Origin: Hydrolagus colliei
Lineage: Eukaryota
Direction: 5' to 3'
DNA: 64,000 nt
Assembly (NCBI GenBank): GCA_035084275.1
Contig: CM068769.1
Span: forward strand, 186,001 to 250,000
The notes below the pieces were generated by a model. It saw only the letters and a program-made list of their open reading frames with translations, was not told where the DNA came from and ran no database searches. Numbering within the stretch: the first letter of the stretch is position 1; the number at the start of each line of letters is the position of its first letter. Both the position numbers and the translations under genes were made by a program. This document shows, one piece after another, positions 51,701 through 62,814 of the stretch.

Positions 51701-52429
51701 TAGTTACTGATATGTATAACTGGTTGTTTTAGTATTGTTATTATTTATGATTGATTACTTTCATAGTTAAGTTATTATGTTACGATTAAATTATTATACA
51801 ATGTTATTATATTATCATTATATTAGTGTATTAAAATATATAATTAGATTGCATATTATCACATTATACACTATTACATTATATAGAATTATATTTGAAT
51901 AAGTTATCGTTATATTATTGCATTGAACTGCTGGAACGGGTGTCGCTACAGTTGTTCTGTTTTGCAGATAGTGAAGGGCCAGTTGCAAAGGCTGGCGGCT
52001 GTACTTGCGTTCAGTTAATTGGCTACGCAGAGAATGAGAGTCCAGGGTCTAATAGAATGAAGTGCTTGCGTTTGTTAAGGTTGCATGTATATGTATGATA
52101 ATATACACTGCTCAGGGCAGTGGTAGATGTGGGAGGAGTTCGATTTTCTCCGGAGGAGAGAAGTGTCCGGCCCGCGTAATGCATTGCTATATCGATTATT
52201 TATCAGATATTTTGTGAATCAAAGTGATACTTAATTTTAATTTGTCAAGTGTCACGCTATAAGTTGTATTTGCTAGTCATTTATATCATTCTATTAATCT
52301 ATATGATTATTAATAATAATCTATTAAGTTTTACGCTGTATTGCTATTCATTTATATCATTTGATTAAAGAAAGATTTGGCACGCCATAGTTGGTTTCCG
52401 TTGGTCTGAACTTTATAAAAGTTTATATT

Positions 52430-53460
52430 CCATCACTGACACCGTCACCTGTGGCATTCACCAAGGCGTTTTCCCTCGGCCTCTTGCTTTTCAAACTTTA
52501 CATGCTCCTACTTGTTGAAACCATCTGCAGACATTGACTTCCACATGTATGAGGATGACCACCCACCTCTCTCGTTGCCTCTACCCTCGACTCCAGGACT
52601 ACCAGTGACTTGACAGATTATCTTTCAGACATGAAGTAATGGATGATAGCCAACTCTATACAGTTGAATGTCCATAAGATAGAATCCCTGCTGATTGGCT
52701 CAAGCCAGCACCTTCATGCATCAGGCGCTGGCAGCACGAACCACCATGGTTTCACACTCAACTTCAGCAAGCTAATAAGGAGCCATGGTGTCTTGGTCGA
52801 CACTCAACTTTCTTTCCTTCACCACATCGAAGCAATGACTCCATCTTGCCTTTCCTGATCTCTACAACATTGCCCGAATGCGCCACAACCACATGCGGAA
52901 AGCGGCTGATACTATCATCCACGCCTTATAATACAGTAATAACAAACCTTGCATTTGATATAGCGCTTTTCACATCTCATCAATGTCCCCGAACACTTCG
53001 CAGAATACAATGTAAAGTGAACTTACTGTATGTTTGTGGCCTTAGCTACATCCCGGCTTCATTTTGCAAACCCCCTACTGCTCGGCCTTCCCAACTCCTC
53101 ACTTCACAGGCTGGAGATAATCCAGAAGTTTGCCGCCCGTGTCCACTACCGTTCCACACTCCCCGTCAACATATTTTCCATTCTCGCCCGACTTCATTGG
53201 CTCCCCATCATCCAGAGGATCCAATTCAAGATCCTGGACCTCACAGTTAAAGCCCACCTCAAACACACCCCACCCTACATCTGTGACATCCTATCACCTT
53301 ACCAACCTGCCCTTCGCCTACCTTCCTCGTCAATGCATCTACCGGTCATTCCTTATCTCCACCTTCACTCCCACTCGTGTACTCTGCTTGTGTCTGAAGC
53401 AGTGGCTGTCTAGCGCCGTTTGACGTCCTGCTGACGTGAAATGCGCTATGCAAGTATAAT
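52430..53460 (+). mobile_element. Degenerate L2 LINE RT and C-terminal fragment
   Basis: GIPQG..LGPLLF-like and FHMYEDDTHL (YADD motif) remnants; LARLHWLPIIQRIQFKILDLTVKA. Confidence 0.88.
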
Positions 53461-54757
53461 GCTGTGGTTGCTGTTGTTATTGTTAAAGTCGGTGAAGTTT
53501 AGAGCTCTCCGGAATCTCTACCAGGCGGGTCGTTCTCCAACAAACAGCTCTCCGTAAATTCTGCCAGGGCAAGAAATAATTCAAAAGGAATTGTCGTCTG
53601 GTCGTGTTGTTCTGTTTATGTTTGGGATGTTTTACAATGTGTTGTGTTTATGGTTGTTAATGTTTTATAATGAGTTTGATGGCATAAGTAAGAATACAAG
53701 CAAACATCAACCAAAATGGTATCATCAGTTATTTTGGAACCTGAAGGATTAAAATCAGTGCACTGGTTATTAACAGTGGAGGTGTGTGTGTGGCATGTGG
53801 GTCTGTGTGTGAGGTATGTGTGTGATGTGTGGTGTGTGCATGCGTGCGTGCGGGAGCATATTTATGTGGGATGTGGGTATTTGTGCGGTAGGGTTGTGTT
53901 CGTGGCCGGGGGTGAGGTGCGGAATTAAAGAATTTCTGTCTGTGTGTAGTTGTGTGTGACGGAGAGTGTGTGTACGAGAGGAAGTGTCTGTGTCAGAGGC
54001 CTGTGTACTTTACAGACAAAGGGATACTGAGACAAATATGAGTGTATATGTGTGTCTCTCTATATCTTTTTGTGTGTTTGTGTGTGTCCCTTTCCCCGTG
54101 TGTTTGTGCATCTCAGAGTTACATCGTCAGACACAGAGGCCTGAGTGTGTTTCTCTCTCACTGTCACTTGGACACACAGAATCAGATACAGATGCCTGTA
54201 TTTGAGAGTCTCTGTGCGAATATATCTCAGTCTATATTGGGGATGTTGCTGTTTCTTTCTCTCTCTCTCTCTCTCTCTCACTCTCTCTCTCTGTATTTGT
54301 GCCTCAGTTACACCTGGACACATTGAAGCGGAGAGAGGGGATTACAACGTGTGTTGTAATATGTAAGTATGTCTGTGTCTCTCTCTGTATGTCACTCTCT
54401 GTGCGACTCACTCTCCCTCAGTGTGTATCAATACACCAGAGACACGTAGAGGCCAGTGTGTATGTTTGATAGTCAATGATGTGTGATACTCCTCTCTGTT
54501 TGTTTCTCTCTTGCTTTCACTCCCTTTCTCCGTCAGCTTCTCTCTCTCCCACCCTCTCCCTCTCACATTCTCTCTCACTCTGCGTCACCTTGTCCCTCTC
54601 ACTCAGCTTCTCTCTCTCTCTCGCTATTCCCTCACGTTGTCTCTCTGTGTCTCTCTTTCACCTGCTATCTCGTACCTCCTCTCTATCTTTCGCATCTTCT
54701 CTCTATCTCTCACATTCGCTCGTTCTCCATCTCACATTCTCATCTTCTCTCTCTGTC

Positions 54758-54794
<37 letters not shown>

Positions 54795-54883
54795 TCTATT
54801 CTTTAGTCGTCGTTTGATGACGCATTTTGTTTGCGCGAGTTTTGTGATTCACATGAATTAAGTCACCACTCCCCCGCCGGGAA

Positions 54884-55135
54884 CCGCCATGTTGTACGGC
54901 ATCACAAATCTCCCTGGCTGAAAGCCGTCATGTTGTACGGCATCACAACTCCCACACCGCTGGTGGGGTCGGCATGTTGTACTATAGCACCCCCCCCCAC
55001 ATCCACCGAAAACCGCGCTTTGAGCCGTCATGATCTTCGTCACCTCTCCACCCTCACACTCCAAGCACAGCTGGTATCCGCCATGTTGTACGGCACTACT
55101 TCCACAGCTGGGAGCCACTATTTTGTACGGCATAA
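54884..55135 (+). repeat. Array of ~16-20-bp repeats GCC(A/GTCA)TGTTGTACGGCA separated by unrelated spacers
   Basis: About six copies, at roughly 54886, 54926, 54971, 55024 (degenerate), 55080 and 55120. Confidence 0.75.
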
Positions 55136-55560
55136 CTTCGTCTCTCTGTAGCTGTGGCTCTTGTTGCTCGCTCGCTCACCTGGTATCCTCAGTATTTCCG
55201 TGCTCACTTTGTGTGCTGAATGTTTATTGATGAATTGATCAAAAACATCAAATGATTTCTGCTGGATTTAATGACGATTATTTTACCATCAGATTCCACA
55301 TCAAATATTCACATTATATACGTCCAGGAGCTGTGATAAAGCGCTGTGTCAAATGCAAGGATTATTATTATTATCTCTGTCTCCCAAAGGTCCCCTTGTC
55401 CCTCAATCTCACTGTAGGTCAACGCGTCGATTGTCTCTCTCTCGCTTGAGCCACCTCAGGTGAAGTCAACACTTCTCACATGCCTTCCCCACTCACGTGA
55501 CCTCTGCTGCTTTCTCCCACTATCTCATGATACGTGACCGCATCAATCCTCTCCCGCCCT

Positions 55561-55870
55561 CCTATGACGTCAGATCAGTAGTCCAGCCGCGAATCGCTGG
55601 TATCCAGTGATTGACATGAGAGAGACCCGCCGACTGCCCTCCTAGATATAGATGGATAGGAGAGAGGGAGACACGCCCACGGTCTCCAGTGGTTGCCAGG
55701 AGAGGGAGAACCGTCCACTGTGTCCCTGTTAAACAGTCAATAGGTGGACAGAGACAGACCCGCCCACTGTCTCCCAGGTAATCAGTGATTGACAGATTAA
55801 AGACCCGCGCACTTTCTCCCTGGCAACCGGCGATTGACAGGAGAGAGAGAGACTCGCCCACTGTCCTATG
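55561..55870. promoter_or_regulatory. Promoter-like module, copy C: about 7 degenerate ~45-bp units (GC box + CC(T/A)GGYAAC + GATTGAC)
   Basis: TGACGTCA at 55565-55572; repeated gagacccgcccactgtctcccaggtaatcagtgattgacag. Confidence 0.6.
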
Positions 55871-57295
55871 CATGTATTGTGGAGTTTATTATTGTGTGTG
55901 TGAGCTCTTTCTCACACACATTCTCTATCACTCAGTAAAGTGGAGTGACTGTGTGTTTGGGGGGAGGGTGAAGTGCAGTGGCTGTCTGTTTGGTGTCTCT
56001 CTCAAGCACACACACAGTGGGGCAGACTGATGTGAGACGGATCAAGAATGACATGTTTAATAACCAGTCACTACAATGTACAGAATATATTACACTAACA
56101 ACAACAACAATGCATATTATACACTGCGTGCAAAGTCGCTGCTTCTGTCGCCGTCCCACTAACACACAGAGCTCAGCTCTGAATTCCTGCTGTATTTGTC
56201 CTTCTGAACTTAACTGATTCCTCCCAGCCTGAACACATTAAACAACAAATAAATATCTGATCAGAATATAAATGGGAAAGTCTTCACTTTGCAGCTTAAT
56301 CATTCAGTAAATCCCCTCAAACAGTTTCCATACAGATACCCGAACTCGTTCTCTCTGAGTTTATCACATTCAACACTGACACAAACACTCACCAGATCCT
56401 CTCCATGCAGGTCAGCATGAGGCGGTGGAGAGCGTTGTCAGAGCCGCATGTGAACTAGTTAAACGCAGATGTGAGCGGATTGTACAGCGAGCGGAGAGCA
56501 GATCATTAGTGCAGCCATCGGCCAGTCTGTTACTGTACAGTCTGGAGATCAGAGACACAGAGACAAAGCAGGGATCAATTCGAAGCACAGGAACCCAGAG
56601 AGCAGCCAGGGGGAGGAGACGGTCAGTAACTGATGGGCAACTTATACTAATAACAATCTAATCATAACACATGATAATATTATCCTTGCATTTGACGTAG
56701 CGCTCTTCACATCTTACGGTTGTCACAATGTGCTTCACAGAATACACATAAAGTGAATAGACTGTAAAATTTTGGACGAAAGGCGACAGCAAATTGTGCA
56801 TAACGTTGTCCCAACTTAAACTCACAGACTCGAATTCTGAGTGATACACTTGATTTTTTCATAGGACGATTATACCACAAAAGTGATCGAACGATTGATT
56901 GGTAACTGTGTGTGTGTGCATGTCTGTGTTTGGTGCAAGCATACCTGTGATATTTTTAACGACATGTGGTCCGAAACCATTTCCTTTCGTTAGATAGGAG
57001 AGTTCTAGTCCCACTCTCACTCAAGGCTCCTTATCAGTTCTTGATACAAAACAAGCTAGTATACTTGTTTGTATTTACACTCGAATTAAACCAATAGAAC
57101 TTGTTCACTGATTGCTGTTTGTGTTTAATGTGACTTAAAATGTAGCGCACGTTTAGCTGATAAGTTGATGGGAGGTGGATGTGGTTATCTCTCAGTCTGG
57201 CTACAGGCATTTCAGCTCCTCCCTGAGCTCCAAGGCCTCACAAAGGAACCGCATACACTTACACAGACAGATAGTCGGCATGTAACAGTGAAGGC

Positions 57296-57334
57296 GGTTT
57301 TTGTACGAGACTTGCAGTGCAGTCTATCACTGTG
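57296..57334 (-). other. Consensus 23-RSS of V 57335
   Basis: CACAGTG - 23 nt - ACAAAAACC. Confidence 0.97.
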
Positions 57335-57649
57335 ATGAGAGTCGAAAGGCACAGAGATACAATGCGCTGTCAGACACCAGCAGGTCAGAGATGGACAAAC
57401 TGGTAGAAGAATTGGATTTCCACAGCTGAGCATCGAAACGGTCTCCAATCCCTGTTCCTTTGCGTTGACTGTCACTCCAAGAATATTTCAGAAATATAAA
57501 CTCTAGCGGCTTCCCTGGGGTAAGTCGGTACCAGGAAAGGGCGTAGTCGCTTTCAGTCGTGGTACAGGTACATTGCAAAGTCACATTTCCTCCTTCTTTC
57601 GTAACCATCGTGGCATCCGTCTGACTGACAGAGTCCCCACTACACAGAT
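57335..57649 (-). CDS. TRAV/TRDV: TCR alpha/delta V exon, apparently functional (delta-like)
   Basis: Acceptor tgttgcag|AT. Reads DLCSGDSVSQTDATMVTKEGGNVTLQCTCTTTESDYALSWYRLTPGKPLEFIFLKYSWSDSQRKGTGIGDRFDAQLWKSNSSTSLSISDLLVSDSALYLCAFRLS. Confidence 0.95.
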
Positions 57650-58614
57650 CTGCAACAGACAAACGATAAAAAGATTATTCAAACTTTGGCTGAATTAATG
57701 TTTCAGCGCCTTAGGCCGTCCCTCCGAAGGGAAAGGCCCTATACCCCTGTAGTGTGATGTAAATGGAATCATAATAATCACCTATTATCATATAATGCAT
57801 TATCAGGTCATTGATATACTTGAATAGGCTATACAGTGATTTACTCTATATCTTGTGGGCGAAAGAGTGCAGGCAATTGGACACAGCAGTGTCTCACATA
57901 CAGTTGTGGAATCATTTATCAAAGTTTCATTGAAAATCATTAAAGCAATATTATCTTCGTAACAATCCACCCTCCTATAAACTAAAATGAGTGAGGGGAG
58001 AAATTATTATTAGTTGTATTTTTATTCGCTCAGTTCAATTGAGTGGTAAAGCATACTGATTCGAACTTGCTGATAGTAAACAAAGGCTTGTGAGTCGAGT
58101 AAGCATAGAAAATGCTTGATAAGGCGCAGTAAGGAAAGTTGCCTAAGCTTTCACCCTCCCGGTAAGTGAACCCAGACCCTCTCGTATGTGAATCGAGTGA
58201 TGTAAATACTGAGCTACAGGTCTACCCACTGCAGCTCAGTGGTTACAGCACTTGTCTTACAAGCGTGAGACTTATGTTCGAATCTAGGCAGGTCGGGGCG
58301 ATACCTTGGGCAAGTTTCCTTACTCCACACACTTAATAATAATCCGTCCCAAAACATACAGTAATAAAAACTGGTCATTTCAATCCACAACTATTTGCGC
58401 AGGATGCTTTTGTACGCAACTGGCTGCCGCGTGTCGCTCTCTCACAAATATACAGTCAATTCACTATACAGTATATTCCGTCAAGCGCTATTCAACGACT
58501 ATAAAATGTGGAAAGCGCTATATCAAATGCATGGATTACGTCTGGTTATTAAAATTGTCGTTGAAATGCTCTGACCTTCAGCAGCAACACCGAATTAGCT
58601 CAAATCAACCTCAC

Positions 58615-58660
58615 CTGACATAAAGCTTCCCAGCAAAAAACACACAGCAAACAGCCCCAT
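58615..58660 (-). CDS. Leader exon of V 57649
   Basis: MGLFAVCFLLGSFMS G|gtgagg; 46 nt. Confidence 0.9.
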
Positions 58661-61600
58661 TGATGCTCTGTGTCTGTGCCGTTGTGTCTCTGATATCAGA
58701 TTGTTGATCGCCCACAGTGATTGTCGCCATTGGCGGAGCCCACATTCTCACTTCACCTCATTGACATCTCAGCTGTGTTCCTAACATAGCAACCAATTGC
58801 TTTAACACTGCGTCAGTCATCAGCTGATTGGGATAGGACCTACCCTGACTCATCTCTTGTTAACTTTGCGAAACAAAGCCCTAATGTGAACGACCTATCA
58901 TAATAATAGATCAAAAACACTTCCATCAATTACAGCGCATTATCACATCATCCAGACAAATGTGAAAGCACTATATATTATACTGTCAAGCTATTTCAGA
59001 ATATGATTTTGTAAAAGCGTGGTACTCAGCAGTGTCACCCTAATATATACGGTTTAAGTGAGTGTTATCTCAGGAGGGTTTTGGGGTTATGACATCATTC
59101 CCATTGGCCACTGCAACACCAATACATTTCAAATAAAAAATATTAGTCAACTCACTTCACAATGTATTTTATGAAGAACGTTTACACGACTACAATGTCA
59201 ATCTATAATGCAGGAGTTTCTATTATTACTGTTACTTTGCCGGGGAATGCTAAACGATCAATTGAGTTCAGGTGCTCATAGCATCTCCATCTCTCTATAT
59301 AAACGTTAGAACTGCTTATATTTGCTAAGTTGTTCCATTCAATTTTTACCCTTGATTTTCTGTAGCTAGTGAAGAAATTCATTACAAGCTGGTTCCAAAC
59401 TAAAAATACACATCTCTTACGTTTGTGTTTTTGCATTATCCCGTATAGTTGCCGTCCCCAATTGCTTCGATTATTGAAGTGAATTTAAAGTGTGGTCTGT
59501 TGGGGGGAATCTTGGTATTCAGTTGTGTATAGCCGTGTCCCACAATCAGTCGTGGACTGATAGATCAAATTAATATTATTTACAAATTATTTTTAGAAAG
59601 CGATTAGTTAATTAAATAACAACAACAACAAAATTACACTCCTTTCACGTAGGAGGATGTCCCAAGACAATAGAATAAGAAGTGGTTCGCTGCATATTGT
59701 TTGGAAACAGCGACGTAAGATGCAGGAAAGCATGATCTATGTTCCACCCCCAGCTCCCGGGAATTGAACCCTGGCTCTCCAGCTTGAGAGGCGATCATTC
59801 TAAACTCTATGCTTCTGATTGCATGTAATGTGCGCATCATGCATTGGTCGTGTCCAAACAAACTTACTGGCTATAGTGAGAAATACTACCAGAAACTTAC
59901 AGTGGGCTGCCATGCAGGCTGCTGAGTTGCGGACAGTTAATAGAGTTGCTTCTGTTGCTTCAATTGGCTGCTTTGTTGCTTCAATTGAATGTTGTAGCGG
60001 ATCTGACGTGTGCAGTGGGTGTAGGCGTCGCCCACTAACCAGTGGATTTTGAACTTGATCCACCGCAAACTGGGAGGTCGACCCAACTTGATGAGCGCTC
60101 TCCATATGTAATGTTGTTGTTGTTATACCGCAATTTGGCAGCTAGTTGATGTGGGAAAGCAATGGAGCATAGACTTGCAATTTGCCCGAACTCAAACTGA
60201 TGTATACTTTGGGCAAATGTTCTTAATCAGCAAACACAACTACGTGTCGCTAATAATGAGTCAGACACTGTAACTTAGTCCATTGGTGGATCACGTTGCT
60301 GGCATTATCAACCCATCAAATCAAAATAATAATAATAATACGCGTTTGCTTCCTTCCCCGACTATTTTGGGGGAAAATGTTGTGTGTAGTTGGCTACAGC
60401 ATTTCAAAAACAAAATATACAGTCAATACTTTACCCAGTAGATCGCGTGTAGTTATATAAGTTTTCTTGTAGATCCGATAAGAAATTTCATGGAAATGAT
60501 GAGTTCTAATTTTTATAACTCACCTGCTAATATATTCCTAGAAGTGCTTTTAGACGTCTAAAAGATTTGAAAATGCACTACATCAACTACATGGATTATT
60601 ATTGTTGTTGTGAATGCATTCATTTGTGTGGTGAATGTTTGAACTGTGCAGCCCAACCTAGTGCAGTAAACATTCACTTTGCACCTTCAAGGTTTTACTA
60701 TATTTTTCAAAATGAAAGTTGCTACAGCAAAGGCAGTTATTGTTACTAGTATTAGTAGCAATGTCGTCCGTTGTTTTGTTGGCAATGTACCCAAGGAAAG
60801 AAGCTGTTAACTATGTTTGCTAAAATGAGATAACGTAGGCCAGTGTTAAAAGTTTTCCCGAATTAAACCAATATAAAAAACAGATTGTTGTTATCGAAAT
60901 CCAACACCTTGATCAAACCAATAAAATCTTGTTTGTGAGAAGTACAACAATATCGAAACAATGATAGAAAAATTGTTCATTAATCATCCGAAGCCTTGCG
61001 TTAATCAGACTTTAAACAAACCTTTGTAAATTACCCCTGAGCCAGCGATAGTGTATAGCAGGGAAACAGTATCAACTGTAACAGGGAGCACCTGCTGTGG
61101 CTGCCAAGTCAGTTGTTACAGAAAACAACGTGGTAAGTTATGTCAGTGGCTGCTGATATTATAGGTGTGTGTAGAGCGACATCTGTTGGTTGATTGCCGC
61201 TATACCAAGTGTACTGCAGAGACAAATGATTGCAAATTGATTTCGACCCACCATAGCGTTCCTGTTCGTATCCTATCCGTTGAATATATGCACCTTATTC
61301 TCAATTCGCTGCTCGTTTCTCATGTTGCTATGGCTTCACTGGGACATTCGACTCCAATCTGTTTCAAACTCTGGTATTGAGGCTTGTCTAGTTTATACTT
61401 GTTACCCCCTCTTTAATATGATTCCTCATATGTATCTGACACTTGTTAAAGTTACATTTCGTAATGTTGACATTCAGAATTTATATGACAGCAACATAAG
61501 ATTTGAGTTGATATACTTTTGAATAATGACACTCAAATTGATGTCTGAAGTTGCTGTATTCCGTAGAGTAAATTGATAAATAATCTGATTAAATTTTAAG

Positions 61601-61974
61601 TATAGTTCTCTCTTCTCACTGTCCCATGGACCAAACTATACGGTGTCTGAAAGTGTGGTTTGCTTCGAAGCGTTGATTTAGTTTGTTATAACCTAGACTT
61701 TCGGTCGGGTAAGTCGAGTGTTCTAACTAATGAGCTACAGGATCTTATCATAATCGCATAAGGAACGGGTTCACACTTACACCAAGATATGTGGAGTAAG
61801 GAAATGTGCCTAACTACAAACACTTGTAATTACACAGCGCCTTCTATGCCTCTTAGAGAGTTTCTGCCACAATAGGAATCGACACCAGGTCGACCCCAGG
61901 TCGACCCCAGGTCCTGTCGCTTTAGGGTTCAATGCCCTAACCAATATGGCACATATGGCACATAACGCCACAAG

Positions 61975-62012
61975 GGTTTTTGTACAGGTGTCTCGGGGAT
62001 GCCTTCACTGTG
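61975..62012 (-). other. RSS of V 62013 (22-nt spacer)
   Basis: CACAGTG - 22 nt - ACAAAAACC. Confidence 0.93.
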
Positions 62013-62307
62013 GGCCTCAGTGCACAAACATAGGCAGCGGTGTCGCTGAGCTGGAGGTTGTCGATCTTGAACTGGAAATGTTTCTTGGAGGAATCCATCA
62101 GGGCAGAGAAGCGTTCCTGACTGATATCCTTCCCGTAAGAATGCCTTTGGATGTGGAAAGCGGGCCCTTCACTGCGGCGCTGGCGGTACAGCAGCACTGA
62201 GATGCTGTCAATAGTCGTGGAGACATTACAGCTGATAGTCAGTGAGGCGCCTTCCAAACGCCAGGCTGCTTTCGGGCTCTGTCTCACCGAATCTCCATCA
62301 CTGATTC
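62013..62307 (-). CDS. TRAV/TRDV: TCR alpha-like V exon; open, conserved Trp replaced by Leu; leader not found in window
   Basis: Acceptor ttcctgtag|GA. Reads GISDGDSVRQSPKAAWRLEGASLTISCNVSTTIDSISVLLYRQRRSEGPAFHIQRHSYGKDISQERFSALMDSSKKHFQFKIDNLQLSDTAAYVCALR. Confidence 0.92.
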
Positions 62308-62814
62308 CTACAGGAAACAATTGTATTATTCAGCGTTGAAACGATTAATAGTAAGTTAGAAAACAAACGCTATTGTGTGCCACATTTCATACAGTATACG
62401 TAGCTCCTGTGTATCATTGGGCATAGCACGCGCCTTACAAACGTGAGACATTTGTTCAAATCCAGGCAGTTCAGGGCGAAATTTTGGACAAGTATCCTAC
62501 GTCCACTTACGCGATTAATAATAATCCCTCCGAAAAAAATACAATGTTATGATGAAAACTGGTAATTTGCAATCCACAAATGTTTGTGGGAACGCTGCTG
62601 TGTGCAATTGGCTGCCGCGTTTCGCCAAAAAATATACATTCAATTCACTTTAAAGTATATTATGTGAAGCGCATCGAGACGTCCATAAGTTGTGAAAAGC
62701 GCTATATCAAATCAACGATTATAATTACTATATACTATGATACACTTTGAGACGCTTTGGGAATTTCGTCACCCAGGGATATATTTTGTTTTACAAGATG
62801 AAGGTCTGTAAGAA

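Noticed and set aside
54884-55135. CRISPR array
   Set aside because: The context is vertebrate, the repeats are short and degenerate, and there are no cas genes; it is kept only as a regulatory repeat array.
59800-60105. ORF with KFLVVFLTIASKFVWTRP, faintly integrase-like
   Set aside because: Only one short motif-like stretch, with no DDE context.
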